From contig CAWCNY010000003.1 in NCBI GenBank assembly GCA_963797095.1, positions 512,001 through 576,000 on the forward strand: a DNA stretch of 64,000 nt. Reading direction: 5' to 3'. This stretch comes from an uncultured Chloroflexia bacterium. GTDB lineage: Bacteria; Chloroflexota; Chloroflexia; QHBQ01; JADMIH01. Position 1 is the first letter of the stretch. Every line of letters starts with the position of its first letter. Below the pieces are notes generated by a model that worked only from the letters and a program-made list of their open reading frames with translations, did no database searches and had not been told where the DNA came from. The position numbers were made by a program, and so were the translations under genes. Below, in pieces: positions 21,017-30,100 of this stretch.

Positions 21017-21754
21017 TACTCCCAGGGGATCCACTCGCCGCGCTCATTCAGAACGCTGGCGCATCCATCCTCGTCCCACCTCACGATGCGCCCCGCCCGC
21101 ATGATGATGGCAGCGCGCGTGCGGGCCACCTTCTCGTCGGTGGTGGTGTCGTTGAGGCCCCAAGCGCAGTATATCTGGCCGTTGGTGCGGCTGATGGTGC
21201 GCTTATCCTTGAAGCCCATACGTCCCGCGATCTGCTCGTTGGTCATGCCTGCCGCCAGCATACGCGCCACCGCCTGCTCGTTCGGCTCAAGCACCGACAT
21301 AGGAGATTGCTCGTCTTTGTGCCGCACTTCCTGCACACGCGAACTCGATCTCCGGGTCGATGAAGCTGTGGCCCGCCACCGCATCGCGCACAAGTGGCAC
21401 GATCATGGAAGGCAGTAGATAGTTGGACTTGCGCACATAGGCGTAGTGGCTCAGGATGCCCGACCGCCGGAAATCGCGGAAGTAGGCATCGTCGTCCTGG
21501 ATGGAGTAGAAGACCACCGGCAGGCGAGGGAACTCACGCCGGATAGCGACCGCCGCCTCGATGCCGTTCATCTGCCCCTCAAGGCGCACGTCCATCAGGA
21601 CCGCGTCAGGCTTGCGGCCTTTCAAGCAGTAGGCCAATGCGTTCTCGCCACTCGCACAGTCGTGTACGACCCTCACCTCGCCGGTGGCGGCCATGCCCTC
21701 GCGCATAGCGGGGCGAAGCTTGTCATTATCTTCAACCAGCAGCAGATCGATCAT
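21016..21754 (-). CDS. NarL/LuxR-type response regulator; apparent 1-nt frameshift near 21342
   Basis: REC (LLVEDN, VLMDV, YVRKS) in ORF 21287-21754; HTH (GMTNEQIAGRMG) in ORF 21016-21393; removing one T gives a continuous IDPEIESRVQEV. Confidence 0.85.
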
Positions 21755-21765
21755 ATACTCTCAAA

Positions 21766-21865
21766 ATAATACGCGAGACGAGATAACTTTATAATACGCG
21801 AGACGAGATAACTTTATAATACGCGAGACGAGATAACTTTATAATACGCGAGACGAGACAACTTT
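21766..21865. repeat. 25-bp tandem repeat x4 (VNTR) immediately upstream of the response regulator
   Basis: ataatacgcgagacgagataacttt x3 plus one copy with a single T>C change; no spacers. Confidence 0.95.
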
Positions 21866-21923
21866 CGGCAAGAATATTCGGCGCACCCTCTATATGAGCG
21901 TATCACCAGCAGCAAGGGGTGTC

Positions 21924-21988
21924 AAGCACCCAGGTGTGACATGCAGGCGCTTCGGAAGGTCGCAATGAGCTAACCGCGACGGTATTAT
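21924..21988 (+). promoter_or_regulatory. Putative activator site and promoter (copy 1 of a shared architecture)
   Basis: AAGCACCCAGGTGTG at 21924-21938; CAGGTGTGA at 21931, GGTCG at +27, TATTAT at +52. Confidence 0.5.
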
Positions 21989-22017
21989 GGCAAAAGAGAT
22001 ACTGTCGGGAGGGCGCT

Positions 22018-22689
22018 ATGGAACCTGGAACCGGGGTCGGCCTGTTGCTGATAGGGGTAACTGTCCTGGGCACAATCGTGATGCTCGTCGCTATTGTGGT
22101 CGCTAGCAAGAGTGGCAGACGCAGCATAGCGTTGGGGCTGTCCACCGGGCTTCTCATCTGGCTCGTTACTTACGGGATCGTGCTGGTGGGAACCTCTCTC
22201 GCCAGCCGGGAGCAGACCCTCACCGCAGGCCAACAGAAGTATTTCTGCGGATTCTATCTGGATTGTCACATGTCGGTGGCCGTAATAAACGTGCAGCAAG
22301 CGAAGATGCTGGGGAGCGGCGCAACACAGGCAGCAGCCCAGGGTAATTTCTACATCGTCACCGTGAAGGTAGGAAACGGCGCCAAACGTGAAACGATATG
22401 GCTGAACGAGCCGAAAGCCGTGGTGGTAGACAGCACCGGACGAGAATATGGCCCATCGGCTGCGGGACTTGTCGCGCTGGGAGTTGAGAGCAATATGGGC
22501 GAGAAGGTAACGGCAGGCTCCTCATACACAACCACGCTGGTGTTCGATCTCCCCATGGATGTGCAGAACCCACGCCTCGACGTAACCGAGGGCGTGTGGA
22601 TCGACCACGCAGTCGAATTCTTCATGATCGGCGATGAAGACAGCGCCCTGCACAAGCGCACGCTGCTTGGTCTCAAGTCCACTAACTAA
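22018..22689 (+). CDS. Membrane-anchored DUF4352-like (Ig-fold) protein
   Basis: Two N-terminal TMs; FYIVTVKVGN, VVVDSTGREY, LVFDLP; GGAGG RBS. Confidence 0.7.
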   Translation: MEPGTGVGLLLIGVTVLGTIVMLVAIVVASKSGRRSIALGLSTGLLIWLVTYGIVLVGTSLASREQTLTAGQQKYFCGFYLDCHMSVAVINVQQAKMLGSGATQAAAQGNFYIVTVKVGNGAKRETIWLNEPKAVVVDSTGREYGPSAAGLVALGVESNMGEKVTAGSSYTTTLVFDLPMDVQNPRLDVTEGVWIDHAVEFFMIGDEDSALHKRTLLGLKSTN

Positions 22690-22756
22690 GCGAGTTGCTT
22701 AGCAGGTAACAGCTCACAACTCCGACCTCATCTTCAAAATAGGCCTAAAGTACTAT

Positions 22757-22817
22757 TTGCATTCCATCTATCGTTCGTATATCATCGAACCACATGTTAG
22801 TTCGTTATATGACGAAC
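22757..22817 (+). promoter_or_regulatory. Promoter with two palindromic operators for the ArsR-MFS operon
   Basis: TTGCAT(22757)-N17-TATCAT(22780); GTTCG-N8-CGAAC at 22773-22790 and 22800-22817. Confidence 0.75.
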
Positions 22818-22822
22818 AAGGA

Positions 22823-23767
22823 ATGCCAATGCAAGTACAGATAGAATCCGGGGCATCCTACGAGCTATTGATGAGCCTCTACGCGTTTGTCCATCGGAAA
22901 GATCAAAGAACTCTTGATATCGGTGCCTCGTGGGCCTCGCAGGTGGAAGCCCAACTGGGAGCAGACTTCGCTGACAACCTGAACGACTCTGAGTACGCAA
23001 AGTCGGCATGGCTGCTGGAAGTCCTGGTGTGGCGGTGCCCCATGGATCGCGATGTTGCCCCATTCCTGCGCTGGATGGGCGCCCTTTCGCTGGGCGAAAT
23101 GTACGAGCTAATTATGCCCTACATAGGCGAGGGCACCCGCTCACTCCCACCAAACCTTGTAGAGATAAGAGATAAATGCCTTCAACTCCTCAACAGGTGG
23201 AATGACCTCTACTTCAGCACCATCGATCCAGGCATCTTGCCTGGCCTTGCCGCCGATGCCGAGCAGAAGAAGGCGTTGCTGGAAAAGCTCTCCCCTTACG
23301 AGGTTGTGGAGGTGGCAACCGAGGGTGTAGTGCTGGAGCCTAGCCCATCTCGCAAGCTCGTGGTGCTGGTGCCGCAATCCCACAATCGCCCCTGGAACAT
23401 CAACTCGGACCTGCAAGGTGTGAAGCTGCTATTCTACCCTGCTGATGTCCTACCCACCCATCCAGGCGAGCCTCCCGCCTCCCTGCTCCGGTTGACGCGA
23501 GCATTGGCCGACGAGAGTCGCCTTCGCATCCTCCGCCACCTCTCGGACGAGCGCCGTTCCTTCACCGACCTTGTGCGCCACACGAGGCTTGCCAAGAGCA
23601 CTGTACACCAGCACATAGTCCTGTTGCGCGCGGCGGGGCTGGTGCGCACATACGAAGCCCCCGACGGCTCACGCGACTACGGCCTCCGGGCCAGTGCCGC
23701 CGACAGGCTCGGTGAGCAGTTGAATGCCTACTTCACCGGTGGTCGCGAAACGAGAGGCCAAGATTGA
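22823..23767 (+). CDS. ArsR/SmtB-family regulator with C-terminal HTH and large N-terminal domain
   Basis: RALADESRLRILRHL...LAKSTVHQHIVLLRAAGLV; start placed downstream of the operators. Confidence 0.88.
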   Translation: MPMQVQIESGASYELLMSLYAFVHRKDQRTLDIGASWASQVEAQLGADFADNLNDSEYAKSAWLLEVLVWRCPMDRDVAPFLRWMGALSLGEMYELIMPYIGEGTRSLPPNLVEIRDKCLQLLNRWNDLYFSTIDPGILPGLAADAEQKKALLEKLSPYEVVEVATEGVVLEPSPSRKLVVLVPQSHNRPWNINSDLQGVKLLFYPADVLPTHPGEPPASLLRLTRALADESRLRILRHLSDERRSFTDLVRHTRLAKSTVHQHIVLLRAAGLVRTYEAPDGSRDYGLRASAADRLGEQLNAYFTGGRETRGQD

Positions 23768-25161
23768 GCGCCGTCGAAAATTACCATCCGCCGCCCAACG
23801 GCTTCCGCACATTCGTCATTGTCTGGGCAACCCAGTCTGTCTCCTTGTTCGGGAACGGCATCAGCTTCTTCGCCACCATAATCTGGCTGACGCAGGTGCA
23901 ATACCCCCACCCCGACCAGAAGGTGCAGTTGGGGTTTGCGATCTCGCTCATCAGCCTGTGCGCCGCCATCCCGGTCATATTCGGCGCTCCGCTGGCGGGG
24001 GCGTGGGCCGACCGCCACGACCGCAGGCGCACCATGATCGTCGCCAACCTGGCAAGCGGCGGAGTAAGCCTCCTCATCGGCATCTTCATGTTCACACACC
24101 TGCTCGACCTCTGGATCCTGGCGATCCTCACCATCGTCACCTCCATATCCGGCTCGTTCCATGCCGCATCTTTCGATACGTCATACGCCATGCTCGTCCC
24201 TGAGGCAAAGCTGCCTCGCGCCAACGGCATGATGCAGACCATCTATCCGCTCTCCTCCATCCTGTCCCCCTCGATAGCCGCCGCCCTGATCTCCCTGCCC
24301 GACCTGGCAAAGCAAGGCGGCATCGGCGGCTTGCCGGGCGATTGGCTGCGCACCCTCACAGACGGCACCCCGCTGGCTCTCACCGCCGATGCCGCTACCT
24401 TCGCCCTTATGGCGGTCGTGCTCCTCTTTCTGCACATACCATCTCCGCAGCGCACCGACCTCTACAGCAGCACCGGCAAGCGCAAAAGCATCTGGGCCGA
24501 CGTGCGCGAGGGCGCTACCTACATACTGCACCGCCGTCCGCTGATCTGGCTGTTAGCCACCTTCGCCGTTGCCAACCTCGCCAACTCCGGCATGGGCGTC
24601 TTTATCCCCCTGATGGCAAAGTTCAACCTGGCCGCCGACTGGTCGGCCCACGGCTTCACCTATGAGACCGCTCTGGCCCTCCTGGGTGCCGCCGCAGGCG
24701 CGGGCGAGCTATTGGGAGGGATCTTCATGAGCCTGTGGGGCGGCCTGAAGAAGCGCCGCGTCTATGGCGTGCTCGTATCGATGATCGTGATGGGCTTCGC
24801 GCAGGTGGCGTTCGGCCTCTCCTCAATGATCTATCTCACCGCAGCGACCCAGTTCATACTCCTGTCCACCTACCCGGTCATGGGCGCGCATTCGCAGGCC
24901 ATTTGGCAGAGCCAGACACCCCGTGTCCTTCAAGGGCGTGTATTTTCGGTGCGCAGGCTGATCGCCCAGTTCACGCGCCCCCTCAGCACAATGATCGCCG
25001 GAATTGCGGGCGGTCTGTTCAACCCCGGTATCGTCATGGCGACGCTTGGACTTATCCTCGCCGTCTTCTGCGTCTCTCAACTATTCAACCCCACTCTGAC
25101 AGCTTTGGAGTTAACTCCGACCCCAGAAGGGGCGAGCACCCTGCAAAGGGAAACATCCTGA
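23764..25161 (+). CDS. MFS transporter (DHA3/macrolide-efflux-like)
   Basis: GAWADRHDRR motif A, LPRANG, DVREGATY, LQGRVFS; about 12 TMs; 4-bp overlap with the ArsR gene. Confidence 0.92.
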   Translation: MSAVENYHPPPNGFRTFVIVWATQSVSLFGNGISFFATIIWLTQVQYPHPDQKVQLGFAISLISLCAAIPVIFGAPLAGAWADRHDRRRTMIVANLASGGVSLLIGIFMFTHLLDLWILAILTIVTSISGSFHAASFDTSYAMLVPEAKLPRANGMMQTIYPLSSILSPSIAAALISLPDLAKQGGIGGLPGDWLRTLTDGTPLALTADAATFALMAVVLLFLHIPSPQRTDLYSSTGKRKSIWADVREGATYILHRRPLIWLLATFAVANLANSGMGVFIPLMAKFNLAADWSAHGFTYETALALLGAAAGAGELLGGIFMSLWGGLKKRRVYGVLVSMIVMGFAQVAFGLSSMIYLTAATQFILLSTYPVMGAHSQAIWQSQTPRVLQGRVFSVRRLIAQFTRPLSTMIAGIAGGLFNPGIVMATLGLILAVFCVSQLFNPTLTALELTPTPEGASTLQRETS

Positions 25162-25171
25162 GTGCAGTCTT

Positions 25172-25258
25172 AAGCACCCAGGTGTGTCCGCCGCCGGCTT
25201 CAGGTGTGAATTGATCCCACCTCAAAGGGTCGTGTGAGTGAGGAAGGAGCTATACAAT
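25172..25258 (+). promoter_or_regulatory. Putative activator site and promoter (copy 2 of a shared architecture)
   Basis: AAGCACCCAGGTGTG at 25172-25186; CAGGTGTGA at 25201, GGTCG at +27, TACAAT at +52. Confidence 0.5.
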
Positions 25259-25302
25259 GCTGCCAGGCTACCTGCCAACTTTGAGAGGGGAGGCAACATG
25301 AT

Positions 25303-26010
25303 ATGGGATGGCTTGAGCACTTCGAGCAGAACGCTACTGACCGCGAAGAGATTCCATGGGATCTGGGGATTCACGTTGAGCCGTACTTGCGCGTGCCATT
25401 GATAAGGTCGCTGCAAAGGTTTCAGGTGGGCGAACAAGGGGACGGCAAGCACCTGATCCGGGCGGCGCGGTCGACCGGTGATCCCATCTATGCGCGCACG
25501 ATTGAGCTATTCATTCAAGAGGAGCAGGGACACTCACGGCTGCTGGCCTCGCTGCTGGTGGGGATGGGCGCTTCTCTGCTGGAGTGGCACTGGAGCGACT
25601 TTGTTTTCGTGCAGGTACGGCGATTATGCGGGCTAAAGCTGGAGCTAATTGTACTGCTGTCCGCCGAAATGATAGCCAAGCGATACTACCGCGCTCTGTA
25701 TGAGGGTACGGGCGACCCTGTGTTGCGTGCGGCGTTTGGCCGGATATTGAGGCACGAGTTGGGCCACGTGGCGTTCCACACCGAATTTCTGCGGCACGCT
25801 TTCGGCGATATGCCCGCACTGGTGCGCCAGATTGCGCGCCTGGGGTGGCGCGTGTTCTTCGGAGTGGCATGCCGGGTGGTGGCGCACGATCACCGAGGAG
25901 TATTGAACTCCACGGGCGTAGAGCGCGGCGAATTTTTCCGCGACTGCCACCGGATATTCAAAGAGACATCGAGCGAAATATTCGATGCGAAAATGGCTAT
26001 GGCTGTTTAG
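25303..26010 (+). CDS. Ferritin-like di-iron domain protein
   Basis: FQVGE, EEQGH, AEMIA..YY, HELGHVAFH (two ExxH motifs). Confidence 0.8.
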   Translation: MGWLEHFEQNATDREEIPWDLGIHVEPYLRVPLIRSLQRFQVGEQGDGKHLIRAARSTGDPIYARTIELFIQEEQGHSRLLASLLVGMGASLLEWHWSDFVFVQVRRLCGLKLELIVLLSAEMIAKRYYRALYEGTGDPVLRAAFGRILRHELGHVAFHTEFLRHAFGDMPALVRQIARLGWRVFFGVACRVVAHDHRGVLNSTGVERGEFFRDCHRIFKETSSEIFDAKMAMAV

Positions 26011-26097
26011 AACGCTTAACAAAACGTCGTTTCCAGATAGCTCCAACGGATGAAGGCGCAGCCAGGTCGAGTGTACATCAGCCGCTTTGGCATACAA

Positions 26098-26450
26098 CTA
26101 TTCACTGAGTGTGCGCAACCTGCCACGCACCTCCATCAGGATCTTGCCAAGCATATTCTTACCCGTGCCGTTGGTGCCGCACCCCAATAATAATCATCGC
26201 TCGTCTTCTCGATCAACTCTTCATCGCCGGTACTCAACAGGAGATCGCCTATATCGGTGTGCGACTCGAACTTGCGAAGAACCGCCCTGCGCATAACATC
26301 GTCCTTAACCTCATCCCAATCGGGGCGCATTGGTCGGACGCGGCTCCTGCCCGTGCGGGCAGCTACCATAGGCGGAGCAACCGACCTGATCTCATCGACG
26401 TGAGAGGTGCCAGCGAACTTTCGAGCCTGAAAGTAAAAGTAGATCGGCAT
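26098..26450 (-). pseudogene. NADAR/YbiA-family protein with an apparent N-terminal internal deletion and a 1-nt frameshift
   Basis: YFQARKF, RPDWDEVKDDVM..AVLRKF, LLSTG..LIE, DYYWG, then (shifted frame) CGTNGTGKNMLGKILMEVR; the FSNF...TSEH segment is missing. Confidence 0.75.
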
Positions 26451-26451
26451 G

Positions 26452-27090
26452 CTATTGCTGTGGAGGTCTCTCAGGTATGGAGGCGAACCAGCGGTTGGCC
26501 TCACGCGCCGAGCGTAACCTGATTTTGGTCACGTGGGAGTATTGAGGGTCGCCGAAGAGGACGGGATATTCCCTGCGCCGCCTCTTGTAGGTGGTCAGCA
26601 CCCACCAGTACATGCTATCTCTGGTGAAGAAGTGAGTGCGCAGGCTCTCTTTGTTGCCGTGCCAGATCTCCTCGTTGAGAATAGCGCGGCTAAAGGTCCT
26701 GCGGGTGAGCCGCCATAGGATCAGCGGTAGCGAGAAGTCGAGCCAAACCACCGTGTCGGCACGGGACCACACTATATCGCGCACCCGGCTGTAGTTGCCG
26801 TCAACAGTCCAGCTATCACTACCATCCAGCCGATTGAGGGTACGCTCTCGAAAGACCTCGTCCGGCTCCTCGGTCCAGTTTGGGCCCCAGTGCAAGGCAT
26901 CCAACTCGATATGAGGTACGTGAAGACGCTCGGCCAGCCTGCGAGCCATAGTGGTCTTGCCTGAGCCTGAGGTGCCTACTACCACGATCTTCCGGCCGGG
27001 TGGCGACCATTTACCCGCAGATTTGCGCGAGAGATCTCGCGTATTATGTAAAGTCGTGAATTGCATGGCTGGTGTGCAAGTACGTTGCAA
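26452..27090 (-). CDS. P-loop adenylate-kinase-like / topology modulation (FlaR-like) protein; true start probably near 27000
   Basis: IVVVGTSGSGKTT, IELDALHW, WTVDGNY, ADTVVWLD. Confidence 0.85.
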   Translation of the reverse strand: MQRTCTPAMQFTTLHNTRDLSRKSAGKWSPPGRKIVVVGTSGSGKTTMARRLAERLHVPHIELDALHWGPNWTEEPDEVFRERTLNRLDGSDSWTVDGNYSRVRDIVWSRADTVVWLDFSLPLILWRLTRRTFSRAILNEEIWHGNKESLRTHFFTRDSMYWWVLTTYKRRRREYPVLFGDPQYSHVTKIRLRSAREANRWFASIPERPPQQ

Positions 27091-27118
27091 AAAGTCGGAT
27101 TACCGGAAGGCAAGAGTA

Positions 27119-27157
27119 GAGGCAGCGGCCCCGAAGAACGGTAGCCCGCTGCCTCCT
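27119..27157 (-). terminator. Possible hairpin terminator after the multi-GAF kinase
   Basis: Arms gaggcagcgg / ccgctgcctc just past the stop at 27181. Confidence 0.4.
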
Positions 27158-27180
27158 ATGGTCTGTATCAGGTCCGATAA

Positions 27181-30100
27181 TTAGGTGGTCAATGCACTCT
27201 CGGAGGTCTGAACCCATGTTGGCAGGTCCTCTTCAGTTGTGCGAAAAGAATAGATAGGTAGTTGAACATGCATAGTTGTGCCTACACCCGGAGTGCTCTC
27301 AACCCAGATGCGCCCGTCATGAGTTTCCACTATATTCTTGCATATAGCCAGCCCGAGGCCCTGGCCGCGTTTGCGTCGGCTGGAATGGTTATCGGCCTGG
27401 AAGAAGCGGTCAAATATAGAATCGACCTGAGATGGCGGGATGCCGCAGCCGTTATCCCGGACACTGATAGTCACCTGATCGTCACCAACCTGGCAACTGA
27501 GGGCAATTAAGCCTCCGGGATCTGTGAACTTGGCAGCATTATCGAGCAAGTTATCGAACACCTGCTGCAAGCGTATCTCATCCCCTGTGATCATCAGGCC
27601 CTTGGGCACGACATCACTGGTAAGCACCAGATTGTCCTCTGTCATTCTGGCTGTGGCGCTGCGAATTACCCTGGTGATCAAGGTGGAGAGGTCCAGAGGC
27701 TCCATTTCCATGCGGAGGGTGCCGCTCTCAAGGCGTGAATAGTCAAGAAGGTCGCTTATCAACCGCTTGAGGACGGCCGTCTCTTGCTTGGCGGTGTTCA
27801 AGAAATCGACCTGCAAATCGCTGAGCGGGCCGGTTTTACCCGACAGAGTGATGTCAAGGAAGCCATAGATCGAGTTGAGAGGTGTGCGAAGCTCATGCGA
27901 GATCATTGAGAGGAAGTCTGATTTAGCCCTCTCATGAGCGCGCTCGGCGGTAATGTCGCGCAAAGTGAGCACCGCGCCAAAGACATCATCCTTACCACCA
28001 CCCAGGATCGGGTGGGCCGTAGCAGAATAAATGCGCAGTTCCTTATCGAGCGTAAGATCGAGGTCGATGGTTCCCGGCATGGAGTTGGTGATGCAGTCAT
28101 GCACCATCTTCAACAGATCATCATCTTTAACGAAGTTGGCAAGGGATTGCGGTTGATCTTTGTTGGTGGGCAAATCAAGCAAGCGGTTGGCAAGGTCGTT
28201 GCTGATTATCACGTTGAGATCAGCATCGGCGACCAGCACACCGTTGCTCGTAGAGAGCACAACTGCCTCGATTTCGCGCTTGCTTTCGAGAAGCTCTGAG
28301 TAAAGGCGGCTGCGTTCCAGCGCGCTGCCCGCGTGGGTAAGCAGTGTCTGGCAGAATGTGGCGTGGTTGCGTACGAATTCTTCAGGAGACATGTTGACCG
28401 TGAAGCGCATGATACCAAGTGCTTCCTCGCTACCCATTAAGCGGGCAAGCAGGACCGGCGAAGGCTCTGAGGCATCCTCCAGGCCATACGCAGGAACAGC
28501 ATACCAGTCGTTTTGTCCATCTGAGGTTTCAGATTGGGGCCGGATGTGAGCAGGATCGCTCACGAGGTCGGCCAGCATCAACCCGGGGGAGTGCAACACT
28601 TCAAACAGTACGGGGTTACCATTCGGGGATACGGTTTCAGGCCCCAGGGCCACCTGCGTCCCCCCCGTGTCTCGTTTGATTGCCTTGCCGTACCGCCGTA
28701 ACTGCTTCCGATCCTCCTCAAAGAGATATAACTCACAAGATTGGAGAGGAAGGGCATTTATTGTACCTTGCAAGGTCATATCTATGACTGTAGATGCATC
28801 GAGGGAACCCTGGACACGGGCAGCGATACTGTAGAGCATACCCGACTGGCGCATAGACCTCACGGTGGCCTCAAACAACTCGGTTCTTTCAAGAGCGACC
28901 GTGCTGTGCGAAATGGCCAGGCGAACCATTTCTTTGGTTTCTTCCTCGACAGGGGGATCGGCCTTGGGCTCGATCACAAGCAAGCCATAAATACGATTTG
29001 AGTTAGAGAGCGGAATGGTTACGCAATTGTTGCAGCCAAACGTATCCTTCACCTGCTGAGGAGCATTCGGTATCAGGAGGAGGTCAAGCGGTTCTGCTTC
29101 GATTAGTGAAGCGAGGGTACTGCTCATGAAAAGATCCCCGTGCATATTTAATGCTATGCCGGAAGCATCCTTGCGTGCCCATTCACCATCAGTGGCCCAG
29201 ACAGTGATCTGCGATTGCTCGTAATCCTCCATCAGAAGGGCCGCCGATTTGGCGCTCGTGATCTTACGCAGCTCTCTAACCACCACTGTTGCCAATTCTC
29301 CGCGGTCATGTGCGCTATTAACGCTGAGCATCAGGCGATACAGAGCCGTGGTCTGCTCTTGCTGAGAGATAACCTGGCTAAACAGCCTGGCCTTAAGGAT
29401 AGCGATGGTGGCGGCATCGGCCAGTTTCTCGATAGCATCAAGCTCCTCTGTGCTAAATGGAGTGGCTTCTTTGCGGGCCAGCAGGATACAACCGAGAGAT
29501 TCATTATCGTTAACCAGCCGGAAACTGAGCAGTGACATCCCGTCTGACCGCCAGCGAAACACGCGAGGTTGGCTTGCATCCTCCCACCATTCCAGGGCAG
29601 GCATACCTTCACGCAACTCAAGGCTAGCCGCGTGTGGGCCCTCTCCGCCTAAAGCTGATAGCTGTAGCTCGCCTGTGCGTTCATTGCGCAGGTAGATAAG
29701 AGCGTGATCGAAACTGACCAACTCGCCCATGCGTGGAATGATCGTGTCAAGTATCAGGGGCAGGTCGAGGCTGCCCAGTACGCTCTGAGTTACCACATTG
29801 AGACCGGTGATCAACTCCTCGCGCCGCTTAAGCTCATTGCGCTGGCGAGTTGTCTCGGCCAGCAACTGGCTCTTGTAGACGGCCAGGGTCGCCTGCTCGG
29901 CGAAGCTGGTTATCAGACGCTGGTCATCCTCGGTCAAAGCGTTCGGGAGGGAGTGGGTGACGGACAAGGCTCCGATTACCCGTTGCTCAATGATCAAAGG
30001 AGCGCAAAGCATACTACGCGTGCGCCGCCCCACAAACCCGTCATTATCGAGACTGATATAGCGAGGATCGACCGACACATCTTGTATCAACGCAGGTCGC

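Noticed and set aside
21766-21865. 25-bp repeats as a CRISPR array
   Set aside because: Units are head-to-tail with no spacers, and there are no cas genes in the window.
22773-22817. GTTCG/CGAAC half-sites as a Gram-positive LexA (Cheo) box
   Set aside because: The Cheo box is CGAAC-N4-GTTCG; here the arrangement is GTTCG-N8-CGAAC, with N9 between the two sites.
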